Shown in pieces: positions 26,029 to 37,153 of a stretch of 64,000 nt of DNA. Numbering within the stretch: position 1 is the first letter of the stretch; each line of letters starts with the position of its first letter. The notes beneath the pieces were generated by a model. That model did not search any database, was not told the origin of the DNA, and worked only from the letters and a program-made list of their open reading frames with translations. The position numbers and the translations under genes were made by a program. The stretch comes from Candidatus Latescibacterota bacterium (GTDB taxonomy: Bacteria > Latescibacterota > UBA2968 > UBA8231): the NCBI GenBank assembly GCA_965200315.1, contig OZ241362.1, forward strand, positions 895,291-959,290, in the 5' to 3' direction.

Positions 26029-27045
26029 CTAGAATTCTTCCGCCAGCGAATTGTCCGCTGTTTGGTCAATCTCAATGTTTTCGTACGGAGTCAGGTCCAT
26101 ACCCCAGCTAAGATTGTTTTCCTCGAGTATTTTCTGCAACTCGTTGAACGATTTGCGGCCGAAGTTGCGATACTGGAGCATCTCGGCCTCCGTGCGCGAC
26201 ACCAAGTCCCTGAGATGGGTGATTCCCGCGGCTTTGAGACAGTTGGCCGAGCGCACCGTCAACTCAATCTCTTCGACGGGTGTTTGCAAGAGTTGGACGA
26301 TCTTCTTGGCGTCCTCGTCAACTTCCTTCTCTTCAATGCCTTCAGGCTCTTCTGCAAAATTAATAAAAAGGCGTAGGTGTTCAGTCAGGATTTGGGCAGC
26401 TTGGGACATGGCATCCTCCGGATGCACTGAGCCATCGGTCCAGACTTCCATAATCAGCTTGTCATAGTCTGTGCGCCGCCCGACGCGTGCGTTCTCGATC
26501 TCGTAGTGGACCTTGAGAACCGGCGAATAGTTCGTATCGAGTGGAATAGCACCAATGGGCTGCTCGGGGATTTTGTTCTCCTCGGCGAACTGGTAGCCGC
26601 GACCACAGCCAACCGTCAGTTCTATTTTCAAGGAAGCCCCTTTATCCAAGGTGGCAATGTGTAGATCGGGATTTAGAACCTCGACGCTGGGGTCCACTTC
26701 TAGGTCCTTGGCTACCAAGGCTCCTTCTGTCGTGCGCTCGACGCGCAAGACGCGATCCTCTTCGCTACTATAGCGGAGCGCCACTTCCTTAAAGCTGCGC
26801 ACGATCTCCGGCACATCCTCGCGCACCCCAGCAATCGTGGAAAACTCGTGATGTACGCCTTCGATATTGACTTGCTTGATCGCGGCTCCTTGGATAAAGG
26901 ACAGCAATACGCGGCGCAGCGCGTGTCCTATAGAGACGCCAAAACCACGCTCGAGCGGCTGGACGACAAACATGCCATACGTCTCGCTGAGGCTTTCTTT
27001 TTCGACCTCGGCCAGCCTCGGCATCTGGAGACCTTCTAATTTCAT
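26029..27045 (-). CDS. rpoA: DNA-directed RNA polymerase subunit alpha
   Basis: [23 protein letters not shown] and the C-terminal domain [11 protein letters not shown]. Confidence 0.97.
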   Translation of the reverse strand: MKLEGLQMPRLAEVEKESLSETYGMFVVQPLERGFGVSIGHALRRVLLSFIQGAAIKQVNIEGVHHEFSTIAGVREDVPEIVRSFKEVALRYSSEEDRVLRVERTTEGALVAKDLEVDPSVEVLNPDLHIATLDKGASLKIELTVGCGRGYQFAEENKIPEQPIGAIPLDTNYSPVLKVHYEIENARVGRRTDYDKLIMEVWTDGSVHPEDAMSQAAQILTEHLRLFINFAEEPEGIEEKEVDEDAKKIVQLLQTPVEEIELTVRSANCLKAAGITHLRDLVSRTEAEMLQYRNFGRKSFNELQKILEENNLSWGMDLTPYENIEIDQTADNSLAEEF

Positions 27046-27088
27046 ACGTTAGCCCCTTACCCCTTGATGGATTGGACGGAGTAAAACG

Positions 27089-27715
27089 TCATACGCGAGA
27101 ATAAAATTCGATGACCAGTTGTTCTTCGGCGACCGTGGGGATGTCTTCGCGGCTGGGAATCTCTTCTACAGTCCCAGTCAGGTTGACCTTATCTATGGCC
27201 AGCCAAGGCACAGTCTCCCGCGAGCGCCGCAGCGATTCGTGAATGGCTTCTAGCTGGCGACTGCGTTCGGCGACTTGTACCACATCGCCCATCCGGGTCA
27301 AATAGGAAGGGATGTTAACTCGTTTGCCGTTTACCACGATGTGGTTGTGGCGCACTAACTGGCGCGCGGCCTTGCGCGACGGCGCAAAACCGAGCCGATA
27401 GACAATGTTGTCGAGGCGGCCCTCTAACAGGCGCAACAGGTTTTCGCCACTGACGCCCGGCACGCGCGACGCCTCCTTGTAATAGCCCCTGAACTGGCCT
27501 TCGCGGACTCCGTAGAGCCGAGCTAGTTTTTGCTTGGCCCGTAGCTGCACGCTGTAGTCGGACTGCCTGCGCCTCAAACCCTGACCGTGTTGGCCCGGGG
27601 CATAGCTGCGCCGCTCAAAGGAGCATTTTTCGAGATTGCAGCGCTCGCCCTTGAGGAAGAGTTTGGCTCCTTCCCGGCGGCAAAAGCGACAATTGGGACC
27701 TGTATGCCTGCTCAT
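27089..27715 (-). CDS. rpsD: 30S ribosomal protein S4
   Basis: GPNCRFCRREGAKLFLKGERC... plus an S4 RNA-binding domain. Confidence 0.97.
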   Translation of the reverse strand: MSRHTGPNCRFCRREGAKLFLKGERCNLEKCSFERRSYAPGQHGQGLRRRQSDYSVQLRAKQKLARLYGVREGQFRGYYKEASRVPGVSGENLLRLLEGRLDNIVYRLGFAPSRKAARQLVRHNHIVVNGKRVNIPSYLTRMGDVVQVAERSRQLEAIHESLRRSRETVPWLAIDKVNLTGTVEEIPSREDIPTVAEEQLVIEFYSRV

Positions 27716-27731
27716 AACGTGGTTAGCTCCT

Positions 27732-28121
27732 CTAAACGCGGCGACGCTTGGGCGGCCGACAGCCGTTGTGCGGCATGGGGGTCACGTCGCGGATTGCGGA
27801 AATCTCAAGCCCGGCGTTTTGCAAAGCGCGGATTGCAGACTCGCGCCCTACCCCCGGCCCCTTGACCCAGACCTCCACGCGGCGCAATCCCATATTCATG
27901 GCTTCTTGAGCGGCCCTTTCAGCAGCGAGCTGGCCGGCAAAGGGCGTAGATTTGCGACTGCCCCTGATGCTCATTTTCCCAGGGGTCGCCCAAGAAATCA
28001 CATTGCCCCTCGTATCGGTCAGGGTAATGATCGTATTGTTGAACGTGGCCAGAATGTGAGCCACGCCCACAGCCTCTACCTGTTTCGCTTTCTTGCGTCT
28101 CTTGCGTCTTTCGGGCGGCAA
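27732..28121 (-). CDS. rpsK: 30S ribosomal protein S11
   Basis: [18 protein letters not shown]...GSRKSTPFA. Confidence 0.97.
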   Translation of the reverse strand: MPPERRKRRKKAKQVEAVGVAHILATFNNTIITLTDTRGNVISWATPGKMSIRGSRKSTPFAGQLAAERAAQEAMNMGLRRVEVWVKGPGVGRESAIRALQNAGLEISAIRDVTPMPHNGCRPPKRRRV

Positions 28122-28148
28122 AGGTCAATCCTCTCGGTTTGGGTTGAT

Positions 28149-28529
28149 CTATTTGACGGGGGCCTTTTTCTTGCCGGCAATAGCCCGCCGCGGCCCCTTG
28201 CGCGTGCGGGCATTGGTCTTAGTGCGCTGGCCATTGGCCGGCAGCCCGCGGCGATGCCGCAACCCCCGATAGCAGCCGATATCCATCAGCCGCTTGATAT
28301 TCATGGTGGTTTCACCGCGCAGACTACCTTCGACCTTGTGGCTGACCTCAATGATCGAACGCAAACTGCTGACCTGATCTTCGCTCAGCTCGTTGATGCG
28401 GGTTTGAGGATCGATCCTCGCCTGAGAGGCGATGCGACTGGCCGTCGTGTGCCCAATGCCAAAGATATAGGTCAATGCAATGGCAACTCGCTTGTCGCGG
28501 GGTAAATCTACACCTGCTATGCGCGCCAT
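28149..28529 (-). CDS. rpsM: 30S ribosomal protein S13
   Basis: [26 protein letters not shown]. Confidence 0.97.
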   Translation of the reverse strand: MARIAGVDLPRDKRVAIALTYIFGIGHTTASRIASQARIDPQTRINELSEDQVSSLRSIIEVSHKVEGSLRGETTMNIKRLMDIGCYRGLRHRRGLPANGQRTKTNARTRKGPRRAIAGKKKAPVK

Positions 28530-28540
28530 AGTGTTATTCC

Positions 28541-28657
28541 TCAGCCTTGTTTCTGTTTGTGGCGGGGATTGCGCTTACATATAATCCGCACGACCCCATG
28601 CCGACGGACGACTTTACACTCGTTACAGCGCTTGCTGACGGATGCTCTAACTTTCAC
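28541..28657 (-). CDS. rpmJ: 50S ribosomal protein L36
   Basis: Not in the ORF track (38 aa). My translation is [38 protein letters not shown] with a GTG start. Confidence 0.9.
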   Translation of the reverse strand: MKVRASVSKRCNECKVVRRHGVVRIICKRNPRHKQKQG

Positions 28658-28678
28658 GGTACTCGCTCCAAGTGAGGT

Positions 28679-30025
28679 TTAGCCGCGGCGGCCTTGGATT
28701 TTGCCCCGCTTCATAAAGCCCTCGTAGTGGCGCGTCATTAGCTGGGACTCTAACTGCTGCAAGGTATCTAAAGCCACGCCAACGACGATCAAAAGCCCTG
28801 TCCCACCAAAAAACTGGGCAAACGAAGGGGCCACGTTGAATTGCCTCGTGACGAAGAAGGGAAAGATGGCTACCATCGCGAGGGCAATAGAGCCCGGCAG
28901 GGTAATGCGCGTCATAATGCCATCAATGTACTGAGCGGTCCGAGGACCGGGGCGGACACCTGGGATGAACCCCCCGTGCTTTTTCATGTTGTCAGAGAGC
29001 TGATTGGGATCCATGACGATGGCAGTATAAAAATAACAAAAGAAGATGATCATTAGCCCATAGACGAACCAATAAAACATGGATTCGGTCGAGAAAAACG
29101 AACCAATCGCCAGCATGAATTCATTGCCTGGGAACATCTGCGTGATCGTGCCGGGCAGAAACATGATCGACTGGGCAAATATGATCGGAATCACGCCCGC
29201 AGTGTTGATCCGCAGGGGAATGTGCGTGGTCTGGCCACCGTAAACCCGGCGCCCGACGACGCGCTTGGCGTACTGCACGGGAATTTTGCGCAGGCCCTGG
29301 GTCAGCAAGATAACAAACGCTACTACGGCGAACATTAGCGCGATGAGGAGAATCTCTTCGATGATATTCTTGCTGAAACCGCGATTGATGATAAAGAGAT
29401 TGTATTCCTGATTGATTGCGTAGGGCAACTCGGCGATGATGCCGATAAAGATGATCAGGGAAATGCCGTTGCCAATACCGCGTTCCGTGATCTGTTCGCC
29501 TAACCACATGATAAAGATCGTGCCGGTGGTAATCGTCAGCATGGTCGCCAGCGTAAAGCCAATGCCTGGGTCGGCAACGGCTGGCTGACCCGAGTACGGG
29601 GCCTTGATGCTAGTGATAAAAAAACTGACGCCGTAGGATTGAGCGGCCGCTAGAAAGACCGTACCGTAGCGCGTGTACTGAGTGATTTTCTTGCGCCCCT
29701 CTTCGCCTTCGCGCTGCAATTTCTGGAAGTAGGGAATAACCGCGCCCAGCAACTGCAAAATGATTGAGGCACTAATATATGGCATAATGCCCAAGGCGAA
29801 GATCGTCCCGCGGGTAAAGGCACCACCCACAAACATGTCGTACAGCCCAAAGAGGGTGTTGCCGGCGCTTTCAAAGTACTCTTTGAGCACGACTAATTCG
29901 ACACCGGGGACCGTAATCTGACCACCGATGCGATAGACGATCAAAAGCCCTAAGGTGAAAAGGATGCGACGCCGCAAATCGGGAATTTTGAAGCAGTTTT
30001 GAAAACTCTGCACCAATTGCATCAA
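28679..30025 (-). CDS. secY: preprotein translocase subunit SecY
   Basis: 448 aa, 10 TM segments, LGIMPYISASIILQLL motif. Confidence 0.97.
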   Translation of the reverse strand: MMQLVQSFQNCFKIPDLRRRILFTLGLLIVYRIGGQITVPGVELVVLKEYFESAGNTLFGLYDMFVGGAFTRGTIFALGIMPYISASIILQLLGAVIPYFQKLQREGEEGRKKITQYTRYGTVFLAAAQSYGVSFFITSIKAPYSGQPAVADPGIGFTLATMLTITTGTIFIMWLGEQITERGIGNGISLIIFIGIIAELPYAINQEYNLFIINRGFSKNIIEEILLIALMFAVVAFVILLTQGLRKIPVQYAKRVVGRRVYGGQTTHIPLRINTAGVIPIIFAQSIMFLPGTITQMFPGNEFMLAIGSFFSTESMFYWFVYGLMIIFFCYFYTAIVMDPNQLSDNMKKHGGFIPGVRPGPRTAQYIDGIMTRITLPGSIALAMVAIFPFFVTRQFNVAPSFAQFFGGTGLLIVVGVALDTLQQLESQLMTRHYEGFMKRGKIQGRRG

Positions 30026-30471
30026 ATCACCTCGACCTGACCACCTGCTTTGGCAATTTTCTCTGCTGCCGCAGCGGAGAATTTGTGCGCCTTGACCGTC
30101 AGAGGCTGACTCAGTTCCCCTTCGCCTAGGATCTTTAGTAGCCTCGATGGCTTGGCTATCAAGCCGGCAGCAGCCATTTCCTCTGGCCCGGCTTCCCCGC
30201 TGAGTCCCCGCTCTTCGAGATCCCGCAGATTGACGACCTGATAGGTCGTTTTGAATTTGCGATTGGAAAAACCCACTTTGGGGATGTGGCGGTACAGCGG
30301 CAGCGAACCGCCAGTAAACCCAACGCGGTTGCCGCGCCTAGCACCAGATCTAGCCCGTTGGCCTTTGTGGCCTTTGCCCGCGGTCTTGCCCGTTCCCGAA
30401 CCCGGCCCTTGCCCCAACCGCTTGCGGTTCCGCTTAGACCCCGGAGGGCATTTTATGTTTTCTAGACGCAT
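30022..30471 (-). CDS. rplO: 50S ribosomal protein L15
   Basis: GSGTGKTAGKGHKGQRARSG. Confidence 0.95.
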   Translation of the reverse strand: MRLENIKCPPGSKRNRKRLGQGPGSGTGKTAGKGHKGQRARSGARRGNRVGFTGGSLPLYRHIPKVGFSNRKFKTTYQVVNLRDLEERGLSGEAGPEEMAAAGLIAKPSRLLKILGEGELSQPLTVKAHKFSAAAAEKIAKAGGQVEVI

Positions 30472-30484
30472 AGCAAACCCTCGC

Positions 30485-30667
30485 TTAATTTGCTACTTCT
30501 TCAACTGAAACCAAGTGTTTGACTTTGGCAATCATACCCCGGATCTGCGGCGTGTCTTCGTGGACGACCTGTTGATATAGGCGCTTGATTCCCAAGGCCG
30601 CGATCGTCGCCTTTTGACCTTTGGCGCGGCCAATGGCACTGCGCCGCTGCGTAATGAGCAATTTCAT
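30485..30667 (-). CDS. rpmD: 50S ribosomal protein L30
   Basis: 60 aa, KLLITQRRSAIGRAKGQKATIAALG. Confidence 0.93.
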   Translation of the reverse strand: MKLLITQRRSAIGRAKGQKATIAALGIKRLYQQVVHEDTPQIRGMIAKVKHLVSVEEVAN

Positions 30668-30673
30668 TGGCTA

Positions 30674-31207
30674 TCAATCCCAAGCGCGGAGCGATTCTAC
30701 CGGTACACCGCGTTCCCGAGCAATCATCTCGGCACTGCGCAGTTGCGTCAGTGCTTTGACGGTCGCCTTCACTGAATTCTGCACGTTGTTGGATCCGAGG
30801 GATTTGGTCAGAATATCGTGAACGCCGGCCAATTCCAGTACGATGCGGGTGCCACCGCTGGCGATGATTCCGGTCCCTGGAGTGGCCGGCTTAAAAAGGA
30901 CTTTGGCTGCGCCGAAGGCCCCGACGACTTCATGCGGTATGGTCCCATCGGTCACCGGGACCTCGAAGACGTTCTTTTTGGCCGCCTCGGCCCCCTTGCG
31001 GATGGCCTCGGCGATCTCGCCGGCCTTGCCAGCACCAAATCCCACTCGGCCATTGCGGTCGCCAACTACGACCATTGCACTAAAGCTGAAGCGCCGACCG
31101 CCCTTGCGCACGTGCGAAACTCGCTTGATGCTGTTTTGGACGACGACTTCGCTCAGTTCTGCACCGCTAGGATCGGATTTCGCTTTGCTAGTATCTGCTT
31201 TCGCCAC
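30674..31207 (-). CDS. rpsE: 30S ribosomal protein S5
   Basis: [21 protein letters not shown]...GTGIIASG. Confidence 0.97.
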   Translation of the reverse strand: MAKADTSKAKSDPSGAELSEVVVQNSIKRVSHVRKGGRRFSFSAMVVVGDRNGRVGFGAGKAGEIAEAIRKGAEAAKKNVFEVPVTDGTIPHEVVGAFGAAKVLFKPATPGTGIIASGGTRIVLELAGVHDILTKSLGSNNVQNSVKATVKALTQLRSAEMIARERGVPVESLRAWD

Positions 31208-31218
31208 GCCGTTCTCCC

Positions 31219-31593
31219 TTAGAAATTCAAGCCAGCTTCCCGCGCTCCGTCGGCCACGGCTTTGACTACCCCGTGATAGAGAAATCCGCCGCGGTCAAAG
31301 ACAACCTGTTCAATGCCTTTTTCGCGCGCCTTAGCAGCGATCATTTTGCCAACCTCGTGCCCTTGCACCACGCGACTGTCAAACTGCCGTTCCCTTAGCT
31401 CCCGAGACTGAGTGGAAAGCCCTAAAAGGGAATGACCCGCCACGTCGTCGACTAGCTGCACCTCGATATGACGCAAGGAACGATGCACCACCATGCGCGG
31501 ACGCGTGGCGGTGCCGGAGACGATCTTGCGCAGCCGGTGTCGCCGCCGCTGATGCCGCTGGCGATTCTCAACCAAGTGTTTTTTGTCTTTCAT
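31219..31593 (-). CDS. rplR: 50S ribosomal protein L18
   Basis: [20 protein letters not shown]...[24 protein letters not shown]. Confidence 0.96.
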   Translation of the reverse strand: MKDKKHLVENRQRHQRRRHRLRKIVSGTATRPRMVVHRSLRHIEVQLVDDVAGHSLLGLSTQSRELRERQFDSRVVQGHEVGKMIAAKAREKGIEQVVFDRGGFLYHGVVKAVADGAREAGLNF

Positions 31594-32150
31594 TAGCCTA
31601 CGGCCGCCTTGCCCTGTTTCCAGTGAATAGTCTCGTTCTCATAGCGGATCCCCTTGCCCTTGTAGGGCTCCGGGCGGCGCTTGAAGCGAATATCGGCGGC
31701 CACCTGACCTACGAGCTGCTTGTCGATGCCCCTGACGACGATGCGGGCTTGTGCCCCACCCGTACCTGGGGACACTTCGACTTGGATCTGCTCGGGCACC
31801 TCGTAGATCACTGGATGCGAATAACCTACATGGAGCACGAGCTGTTTGCCTTGGATCTCGGCCCGGTACCCTACGCCGAATAGATCTAAGTTCTTGAAAA
31901 AACCCTCGGAGACTCCTTCGACCGCGTTGGCGATCAAAGTTCGGGTCAATCCGTGTAGGGAGCGAGCCTGTTTACTTTCCCTTTTCCGCGTCACCGTTAA
32001 AACGCTGTCTTGCTGATCCACAGCGAGGTGTTCAGCGACAAATGACACCTGTAACTGGCCCTTTGGTCCTTTTACGGAGACCTTGGCAGGAGCCAACGCG
32101 ACTTCAACACCCTGTGGTAGAGGAAGGGATTTGTTGCCTATGCGCGACAA
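31593..32150 (-). CDS. rplF: 50S ribosomal protein L6
   Basis: [17 protein letters not shown]...[11 protein letters not shown]. Confidence 0.97.
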   Translation of the reverse strand: MSRIGNKSLPLPQGVEVALAPAKVSVKGPKGQLQVSFVAEHLAVDQQDSVLTVTRKRESKQARSLHGLTRTLIANAVEGVSEGFFKNLDLFGVGYRAEIQGKQLVLHVGYSHPVIYEVPEQIQVEVSPGTGGAQARIVVRGIDKQLVGQVAADIRFKRRPEPYKGKGIRYENETIHWKQGKAAVG

Positions 32151-32175
32151 TCTAATATTCTCCCAGTGGCTTCAT

Positions 32176-32574
32176 TTACCAGATACTACAGAGGATCTCG
32201 CCGCCTACGCCGTTCATCCTCGCTTGTTTATCCGTCATCACTCCCTTAGAGGTGGAGACGATAGCGATGCCCAAGCCGCGGAGCACACGCGGGACATCGG
32301 CTTTACCCGCATATTGACGCAACCCGGGCTTGCTGACGCGCTCTAGCCCGCGAATGATGCTATTGTCATTCTGATCGTAGCGCAGATAGAGCCGCAAAAT
32401 GCCCTGCTTGCTGTCTTCGATAAAAGCGAAGTTGTCGATAAAACGGGACTCGGCTAATACGCGGGCCACTTCGCGCTTCAGCTTGGAGGCAGGGACGTCA
32501 ACTCTCGAATGCTTGGCACTACAGGCGTTGCGAATGCGGGTCAACATATCCGCTAGGGGATCCGTCATACTCAT
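32176..32574 (-). CDS. rpsH: 30S ribosomal protein S8
   Basis: DPLADMLTRIRNA...GGEILCSIW. Confidence 0.97.
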   Translation of the reverse strand: MSMTDPLADMLTRIRNACSAKHSRVDVPASKLKREVARVLAESRFIDNFAFIEDSKQGILRLYLRYDQNDNSIIRGLERVSKPGLRQYAGKADVPRVLRGLGIAIVSTSKGVMTDKQARMNGVGGEILCSIW

Positions 32575-32596
32575 ATTGATTTCTCCAACCTGCTAC

Positions 32597-32782
32597 CTAC
32601 CAGCTCGCCTTGCTGACACCCGGAATCTCGCCCTTGAGGGCCAACTCGCGAAAACAGATGCGGCACAGTCCGAACTTGCGATATACTGCACGCGGACGCC
32701 CACAGCGGTGGCAACGGGTATAGGCTCGCGAGGAAAACTTGGGTTTGCGCTGCGCTTTGGCTATCAAGCATTTTTTTGGCAT
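32597..32782 (-). CDS. rpsN: 30S ribosomal protein S14, short zinc-binding (type Z) form
   Basis: 61 aa, [20 protein letters not shown]. Confidence 0.95.
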   Translation of the reverse strand: MPKKCLIAKAQRKPKFSSRAYTRCHRCGRPRAVYRKFGLCRICFRELALKGEIPGVSKASW

Positions 32783-32801
32783 TAGCAGGTTCTTTCCGAC
32801 T

Positions 32802-33347
32802 CTATTGACTGAAGGGCATGCCCAACAACTGGAGCAACTCTCGGCCTTCCTCGTCGCTTTTGGCCGAGGTGACGATGGTGATATTCATGCCTCGGACTTG
32901 ATCGATCATATCGTAGTTGATCTCGGGGAATATGATCTGTTCCTTGATGCCTAGATTGTAGTTGCCTCGTCCGTCGAAGCTTCTAGGAGAAACCCCGCGA
33001 AAATCTCGCACCTGCGGCAAGGCGAAACTGATCAAGCGGTCGAGAAAATCGTACATGCGGCCTCCCCGCAAGGTGACCATGCAGCCGACCGGCATACCGA
33101 CGCGCAACTTGAAGTTTGAGATCGCCTTCTTGGCTTGGCGGATGGCGGGCTTTTGACCGGCGATCACCGTCAATTCGGATACCGCACCTTCGAGCACCTT
33201 GGGCTCCTGCACTGCCTCACCGACACCCATATTGACGACAACCTTCTGCAGGCACGGCACCTGCATGTCGTTTTTAAATGAGAAGCGGGTCTTGAGCTGG
33301 GGCAGCACCTCTTCTCGGTAGTGTTTTTTGAGTCTGGCTTCGTACAT
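32802..33347 (-). CDS. rplE: 50S ribosomal protein L5
   Basis: [10 protein letters not shown]...[24 protein letters not shown]. Confidence 0.97.
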   Translation of the reverse strand: MYEARLKKHYREEVLPQLKTRFSFKNDMQVPCLQKVVVNMGVGEAVQEPKVLEGAVSELTVIAGQKPAIRQAKKAISNFKLRVGMPVGCMVTLRGGRMYDFLDRLISFALPQVRDFRGVSPRSFDGRGNYNLGIKEQIIFPEINYDMIDQVRGMNITIVTSAKSDEEGRELLQLLGMPFSQ

Positions 33348-33350
33348 GGC

Positions 33351-33668
33351 TTATTCTCGATCAATCATTTCGCCGCTGCGCACAGAGACGCGCACACATT
33401 TGCCATTGTCCAATTTCTTGTGCCCGATGCGCGTTGGTAGGTCAGTCTTGGGACAAACGATCATGACATTGGAAACGTGAATGGGTGCCTCGCGCTCAAC
33501 GATACCCCCTTGGGGGTCGCGCGATGTGGGGCGGGTGTGGTGTTTGCACATATTTACGCCTTCGACGATGACCCGCTTCCGATCCTTAAACACGCTAAGA
33601 ACCGTCGAGCGCCGTCCTTTGTCGTTGCCGCTTATGACCTGTATTGTATCGCCTTTGCGAATGTCCAT
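33351..33668 (-). CDS. rplX: 50S ribosomal protein L24
   Basis: KGDTIQVISGNDKGRRSTVL (KOW motif). Confidence 0.96.
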   Translation of the reverse strand: MDIRKGDTIQVISGNDKGRRSTVLSVFKDRKRVIVEGVNMCKHHTRPTSRDPQGGIVEREAPIHVSNVMIVCPKTDLPTRIGHKKLDNGKCVRVSVRSGEMIDRE

Positions 33669-33679
33669 TGTGCTCTTCC

Positions 33680-34048
33680 TCAGACTACCTCGGGTGCCAG
33701 CGATACAATGCGCATGTATTGCTTTTCGCGCAGCTCGCGGGCCACAGGCCCAAATATGCGAGTACCTGTTGGCTCCTTGTCGTCGTTGACCAAGACAGCG
33801 GCGTTGTCGTCAAAGCGAATATAAGAGCCATCGGGACGACGATATTCCTTCTTGGTCCGCACGACGACAGCCTTGACCACTTGCCCTTCCTCCAAAGGCC
33901 CGTTCGGCACTACGCCGTGGACGGCGACTACGATCAGGTCGCCAATGCTGGCATAGCACTTACGAGAACCGCCGAGTACGCGAATGCAACGACCTGTGCG
34001 GGCCCCGGCGTTATCTGCCATTTTGACTACGCTGTATTCCCGAATCAT
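33680..34048 (-). CDS. rplN: 50S ribosomal protein L14
   Basis: [17 protein letters not shown]...[10 protein letters not shown]. Confidence 0.97.
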   Translation of the reverse strand: MIREYSVVKMADNAGARTGRCIRVLGGSRKCYASIGDLIVVAVHGVVPNGPLEEGQVVKAVVVRTKKEYRRPDGSYIRFDDNAAVLVNDDKEPTGTRIFGPVARELREKQYMRIVSLAPEVV

Positions 34049-34074
34049 TTTGTCCTACAAGCCTAAATTTTTAT

Positions 34075-34332
34075 CTACTGCCGCTCTAATATATCAACGA
34101 GCCGCCAACGCTTGGTTTTGCTCATGGGGCGGCACTCCTCAATGCGCACGAGATCGCCGACCTGCGACTCTTCCCGCTCGTCGTGGGCGACGAACTTGGC
34201 GGTGCGGCGGATGATCCGGCCATACAGGGCATGCGGAATGCGCTGTTCGACCGCCACGATCCGCGTCTTGGTGTTGTTGGCCTTGAGCACTCGGCCTTCG
34301 GCCTGACGCCGGCCTATTTTTCGTTTAGCCAT
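34075..34332 (-). CDS. rpsQ: 30S ribosomal protein S17
   Basis: GRVLKANNTKTRIVAVE...AHDEREESQVGDLVRIEECRPMSKTKRW. Confidence 0.96.
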   Translation of the reverse strand: MAKRKIGRRQAEGRVLKANNTKTRIVAVEQRIPHALYGRIIRRTAKFVAHDEREESQVGDLVRIEECRPMSKTKRWRLVDILERQ

Positions 34333-34340
34333 TTTCCACC

Positions 34341-34556
34341 TTATTTCCCACTGGCCAAGGAGCGAATGCCGAGTGCGTGCTCTTTGAGTACGGTGTGTGC
34401 CTTGGCAATATCGCGCCGCACTTGCCGCAACCGAATGGGACTAGTCAACTGGCCGGCTACGTGCTGAAAACGCAGATTGAAGAATTCCTCGTGTAGTTCT
34501 TCCAACCTGTTTTGCACTTCTTCTGAACTCATTTCGCGCAATTCGCTGACCTTCAT
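34341..34556 (-). CDS. rpmC: 50S ribosomal protein L29
   Basis: ORF 34341..34661. Internal ATG at 34556 gives MKVSELREMSSEEVQNRLEELHEEFFNLRFQ and avoids overlap with rplP (ends 34561). Confidence 0.93.
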   Translation of the reverse strand: MKVSELREMSSEEVQNRLEELHEEFFNLRFQHVAGQLTSPIRLRQVRRDIAKAHTVLKEHALGIRSLASGK

Positions 34557-34560
34557 AACT

Positions 34561-34971
34561 TCATGCAACTCGTTTGACGACCTTGGTCTTGATGGGGAGT
34601 TTGTGCCCAGCGCGGCGAAAGGCCTCGCGGGCCATGGGTTCGGGTACGCCGGAAAGCTCAAACATCACCCGCCCGGGCTTGACGACCGCAACCCATCCTT
34701 CGGGCGATCCCTTGCCTTTGCCCATGCGAGTTTCGGCCGGTTTCTTGGTGATCGGTTTGTCGGGAAAAATGCGGATCCACATCTTGCCCGTACGGCTCAT
34801 TGCCCGACTAATCGCCACGCGCATAGCCTCGATCTGGCGGCTGGTAATCCAACAAGGTTCGAGTGCTTTGAGGCCGTATTCGCCAAAGGAGACCATGTCC
34901 CCGCCTTTAGTTTGGCCGCGCATTCGGCCTCGCGCCTGCTTCCTCCACTTGGACTTCTTGGGCATCAACAT
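34561..34971 (-). CDS. rplP: 50S ribosomal protein L16
   Basis: [19 protein letters not shown]...[12 protein letters not shown]. Confidence 0.97.
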   Translation of the reverse strand: MLMPKKSKWRKQARGRMRGQTKGGDMVSFGEYGLKALEPCWITSRQIEAMRVAISRAMSRTGKMWIRIFPDKPITKKPAETRMGKGKGSPEGWVAVVKPGRVMFELSGVPEPMAREAFRRAGHKLPIKTKVVKRVA

Positions 34972-34989
34972 AAGAGAGCCTCGCTGTAA

Positions 34990-35646
34990 TCAGACCGCCT
35001 GAGCGGCCCCTTCTCCTTCGGTCATAACTTCGCCATGACAAATCCAAACTTTTACGCCCACAGTCCCCGATACGGTATAAGCCGTCGCCATGGCGTAGTC
35101 GATATCAGCGCGCAGCGTGTGCAACGGGACCCGACCGGCTGGCTCGGAACGCTCGCGCCGGCCCATCTCCGAACCACCGATGCGCCCGGAACAGACGATG
35201 CGGATACCCTCAGCCCCCATGCGCATTGACGAGGCTACAGATTTCTTCATAGCCCGGCGAAAGGAAACGCGTTGCTCTAGCTGGCGGACCAGATTGTCGG
35301 CCACTATCTGAGCATCTAGTTCGGGCTTCTTGATCTCTTGGATATTGAGCGAGACATCCTTGCTGGTCAATGCCTTGAGCTCGTCGCGAATTTTATCGAC
35401 TTCGGCCCCATGACGACCAATGGCAATACCAGGTTTCGCTGTATGCACTTCAACGGTAACTCGCTTGGGCTGGCGTTCGATATTGATCTGAGATACGCCA
35501 GCTCGCTGTAAGCGCTGGCGCACGTAGCGCCGCAACATGAGGTCTTCCTTGAGCAACTCGGAAAAATCCTTTTCGGCGAACCAGTTTGAACGCCAAGGCT
35601 TGATGACTCCGAGACGGAAGCCGTATGGATGTGTTTTCTGGCCCAA
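34990..35646 (-). CDS. rpsC: 30S ribosomal protein S3
   Basis: MGQKTHPYGFRLGV... plus a KH domain. Confidence 0.97.
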   Translation of the reverse strand: MGQKTHPYGFRLGVIKPWRSNWFAEKDFSELLKEDLMLRRYVRQRLQRAGVSQINIERQPKRVTVEVHTAKPGIAIGRHGAEVDKIRDELKALTSKDVSLNIQEIKKPELDAQIVADNLVRQLEQRVSFRRAMKKSVASSMRMGAEGIRIVCSGRIGGSEMGRRERSEPAGRVPLHTLRADIDYAMATAYTVSGTVGVKVWICHGEVMTEGEGAAQAV

Positions 35647-35656
35647 GGTGTCCCCC

Positions 35657-36004
35657 TTAGTTGGCTTGGTCGCTAACGACGACCGTTAGATTGCAGTGGC
35701 GCTTGCGAATGCGATCGGCCGAGCCACGGGCTCGCGGACGAATGCGCTTGAGATCGCGCCCTTCGTCGGCGAAGATGCGCGTTACGTAGAGATCATCGGC
35801 ATCAACCGGATTTTCCTCGTCCTGATTGATCCCATTCGATATGGCCGAACGCAGGGTCTTTTCGACCAGCTTGGCCACCGGGCGAGGCGAAAACCGGAGA
35901 ATGGTGAGCGCCTCGTCGACCGGCTTGCCGCGAATCAGGTCAATGAGCTGGCGCACTTTAGTCGTCGGTACGCCAATTTGTTTGAGGACAGCTTTGGCTT
36001 CCAT
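35657..36004 (-). CDS. rplV: 50S ribosomal protein L22
   Basis: KVRQLIDLIRGKPVDEALTILRFSP...RARGSADRIRKRHCNLTV. Confidence 0.96.
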   Translation of the reverse strand: MEAKAVLKQIGVPTTKVRQLIDLIRGKPVDEALTILRFSPRPVAKLVEKTLRSAISNGINQDEENPVDADDLYVTRIFADEGRDLKRIRPRARGSADRIRKRHCNLTVVVSDQAN

Positions 36005-36006
36005 GC

Positions 36007-36294
36007 TTATTGCAACCTCGTGCCGCGCTCGGTCAACCGGCCTCCGTGCCCGCGAAAAGTGCGGGTCGGAGCAAACTCACCGAGCTTGTGCCCGACCATG
36101 TTCTCAGTAATGTACACTGGAATGAACTTATTGCCGTTGTAAACGGCTAGCGTATGGCCGACGAAGTCGGGCGTAATGGTTGAGCGCCGTGACCAAGTCC
36201 GCACGACCTGCTTGTCGCCCGTGCGATTGAGGTACGCGACCTTTTTTGCTAAATGCCCGTCGACAAAAGGGCCTTTCTTGATCGATCTTGGCAT
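36007..36294 (-). CDS. rpsS: 30S ribosomal protein S19
   Basis: [12 protein letters not shown]...[16 protein letters not shown]. Confidence 0.97.
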   Translation of the reverse strand: MPRSIKKGPFVDGHLAKKVAYLNRTGDKQVVRTWSRRSTITPDFVGHTLAVYNGNKFIPVYITENMVGHKLGEFAPTRTFRGHGGRLTERGTRLQ

Positions 36295-36303
36295 AATCTC
36301 TCG

Positions 36304-37137
36304 CTACTTCGCGTTGCGCCGACGTATAATCCACTGATTGCTTTGGTTTTTGCGCTTGCGCGTCTTGTATCCCTTGGTGGGCTTGCCCCAAGGGGTAACC
36401 GGGTGCCGGCCACCTGAAGATCGACCTTCCCCTCCCCCATGTGGGTGGTCAACCGGATTCATAACTACGCCCCGCACCTTGGGTCTGCGCCCCAACCAAC
36501 GGGAGCGGCCAGCTTTGCCAATGACAATATTGGCGTGTTCTATATTGCCCACCTGCCCCAAGGTGGCCATGCACTGGACAGGTACTTCGCGATTTTCTCC
36601 GGAAGGCAACCGCAACTGCGCCCGTCCGCCATCGCGACCGAGAAGCTGCACTTCAGAGCCTGCGCTACGCGCTAGCTGCCCGCCGCGGCCGGGATTGAGC
36701 TCGACATTGTGAACCGTTGCTCCCAAGGGAATATTGGCCAACGGCAGGGCATTGCCGACCCGGATTGGAGCATTGGGACCTGCGGAGATCTCGGCTCCAA
36801 TCTTCAGACCCAAAGGCGCGAGAATATAGCGCTTATCTCCATCGGCATAGACGATCAAAGCAATAAACGCCGAGCGGTTGGGATCGTATTCAATCGCGGC
36901 GACCCGACCCGGTACGCCAAGCTTGATGCGCTTGAAATCGATGACGCGATAGCGCCGCTTGTGCCCCCCTCCGCGCCGACGCATGGTCATGCGGCCCTGA
37001 TTGTTGCGCCCGCCCGATTTGCCAACGGCAGCAGCGAGTAAGGACTTCTCGGGCTTGCTGCGCGTTAGTTCCTCAAAGGAGTTGACCGTCTTGTAGCGCA
37101 ACGTCGGAGTTGTGGGGCGGAATTTCTTGACTGCCAT
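36304..37137 (-). CDS. rplB: 50S ribosomal protein L2
   Basis: [15 protein letters not shown]...[14 protein letters not shown]. Confidence 0.98.
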   Translation of the reverse strand: MAVKKFRPTTPTLRYKTVNSFEELTRSKPEKSLLAAAVGKSGGRNNQGRMTMRRRGGGHKRRYRVIDFKRIKLGVPGRVAAIEYDPNRSAFIALIVYADGDKRYILAPLGLKIGAEISAGPNAPIRVGNALPLANIPLGATVHNVELNPGRGGQLARSAGSEVQLLGRDGGRAQLRLPSGENREVPVQCMATLGQVGNIEHANIVIGKAGRSRWLGRRPKVRGVVMNPVDHPHGGGEGRSSGGRHPVTPWGKPTKGYKTRKRKNQSNQWIIRRRNAK

Positions 37138-37153
37138 CTCGAGACCAACTTAG

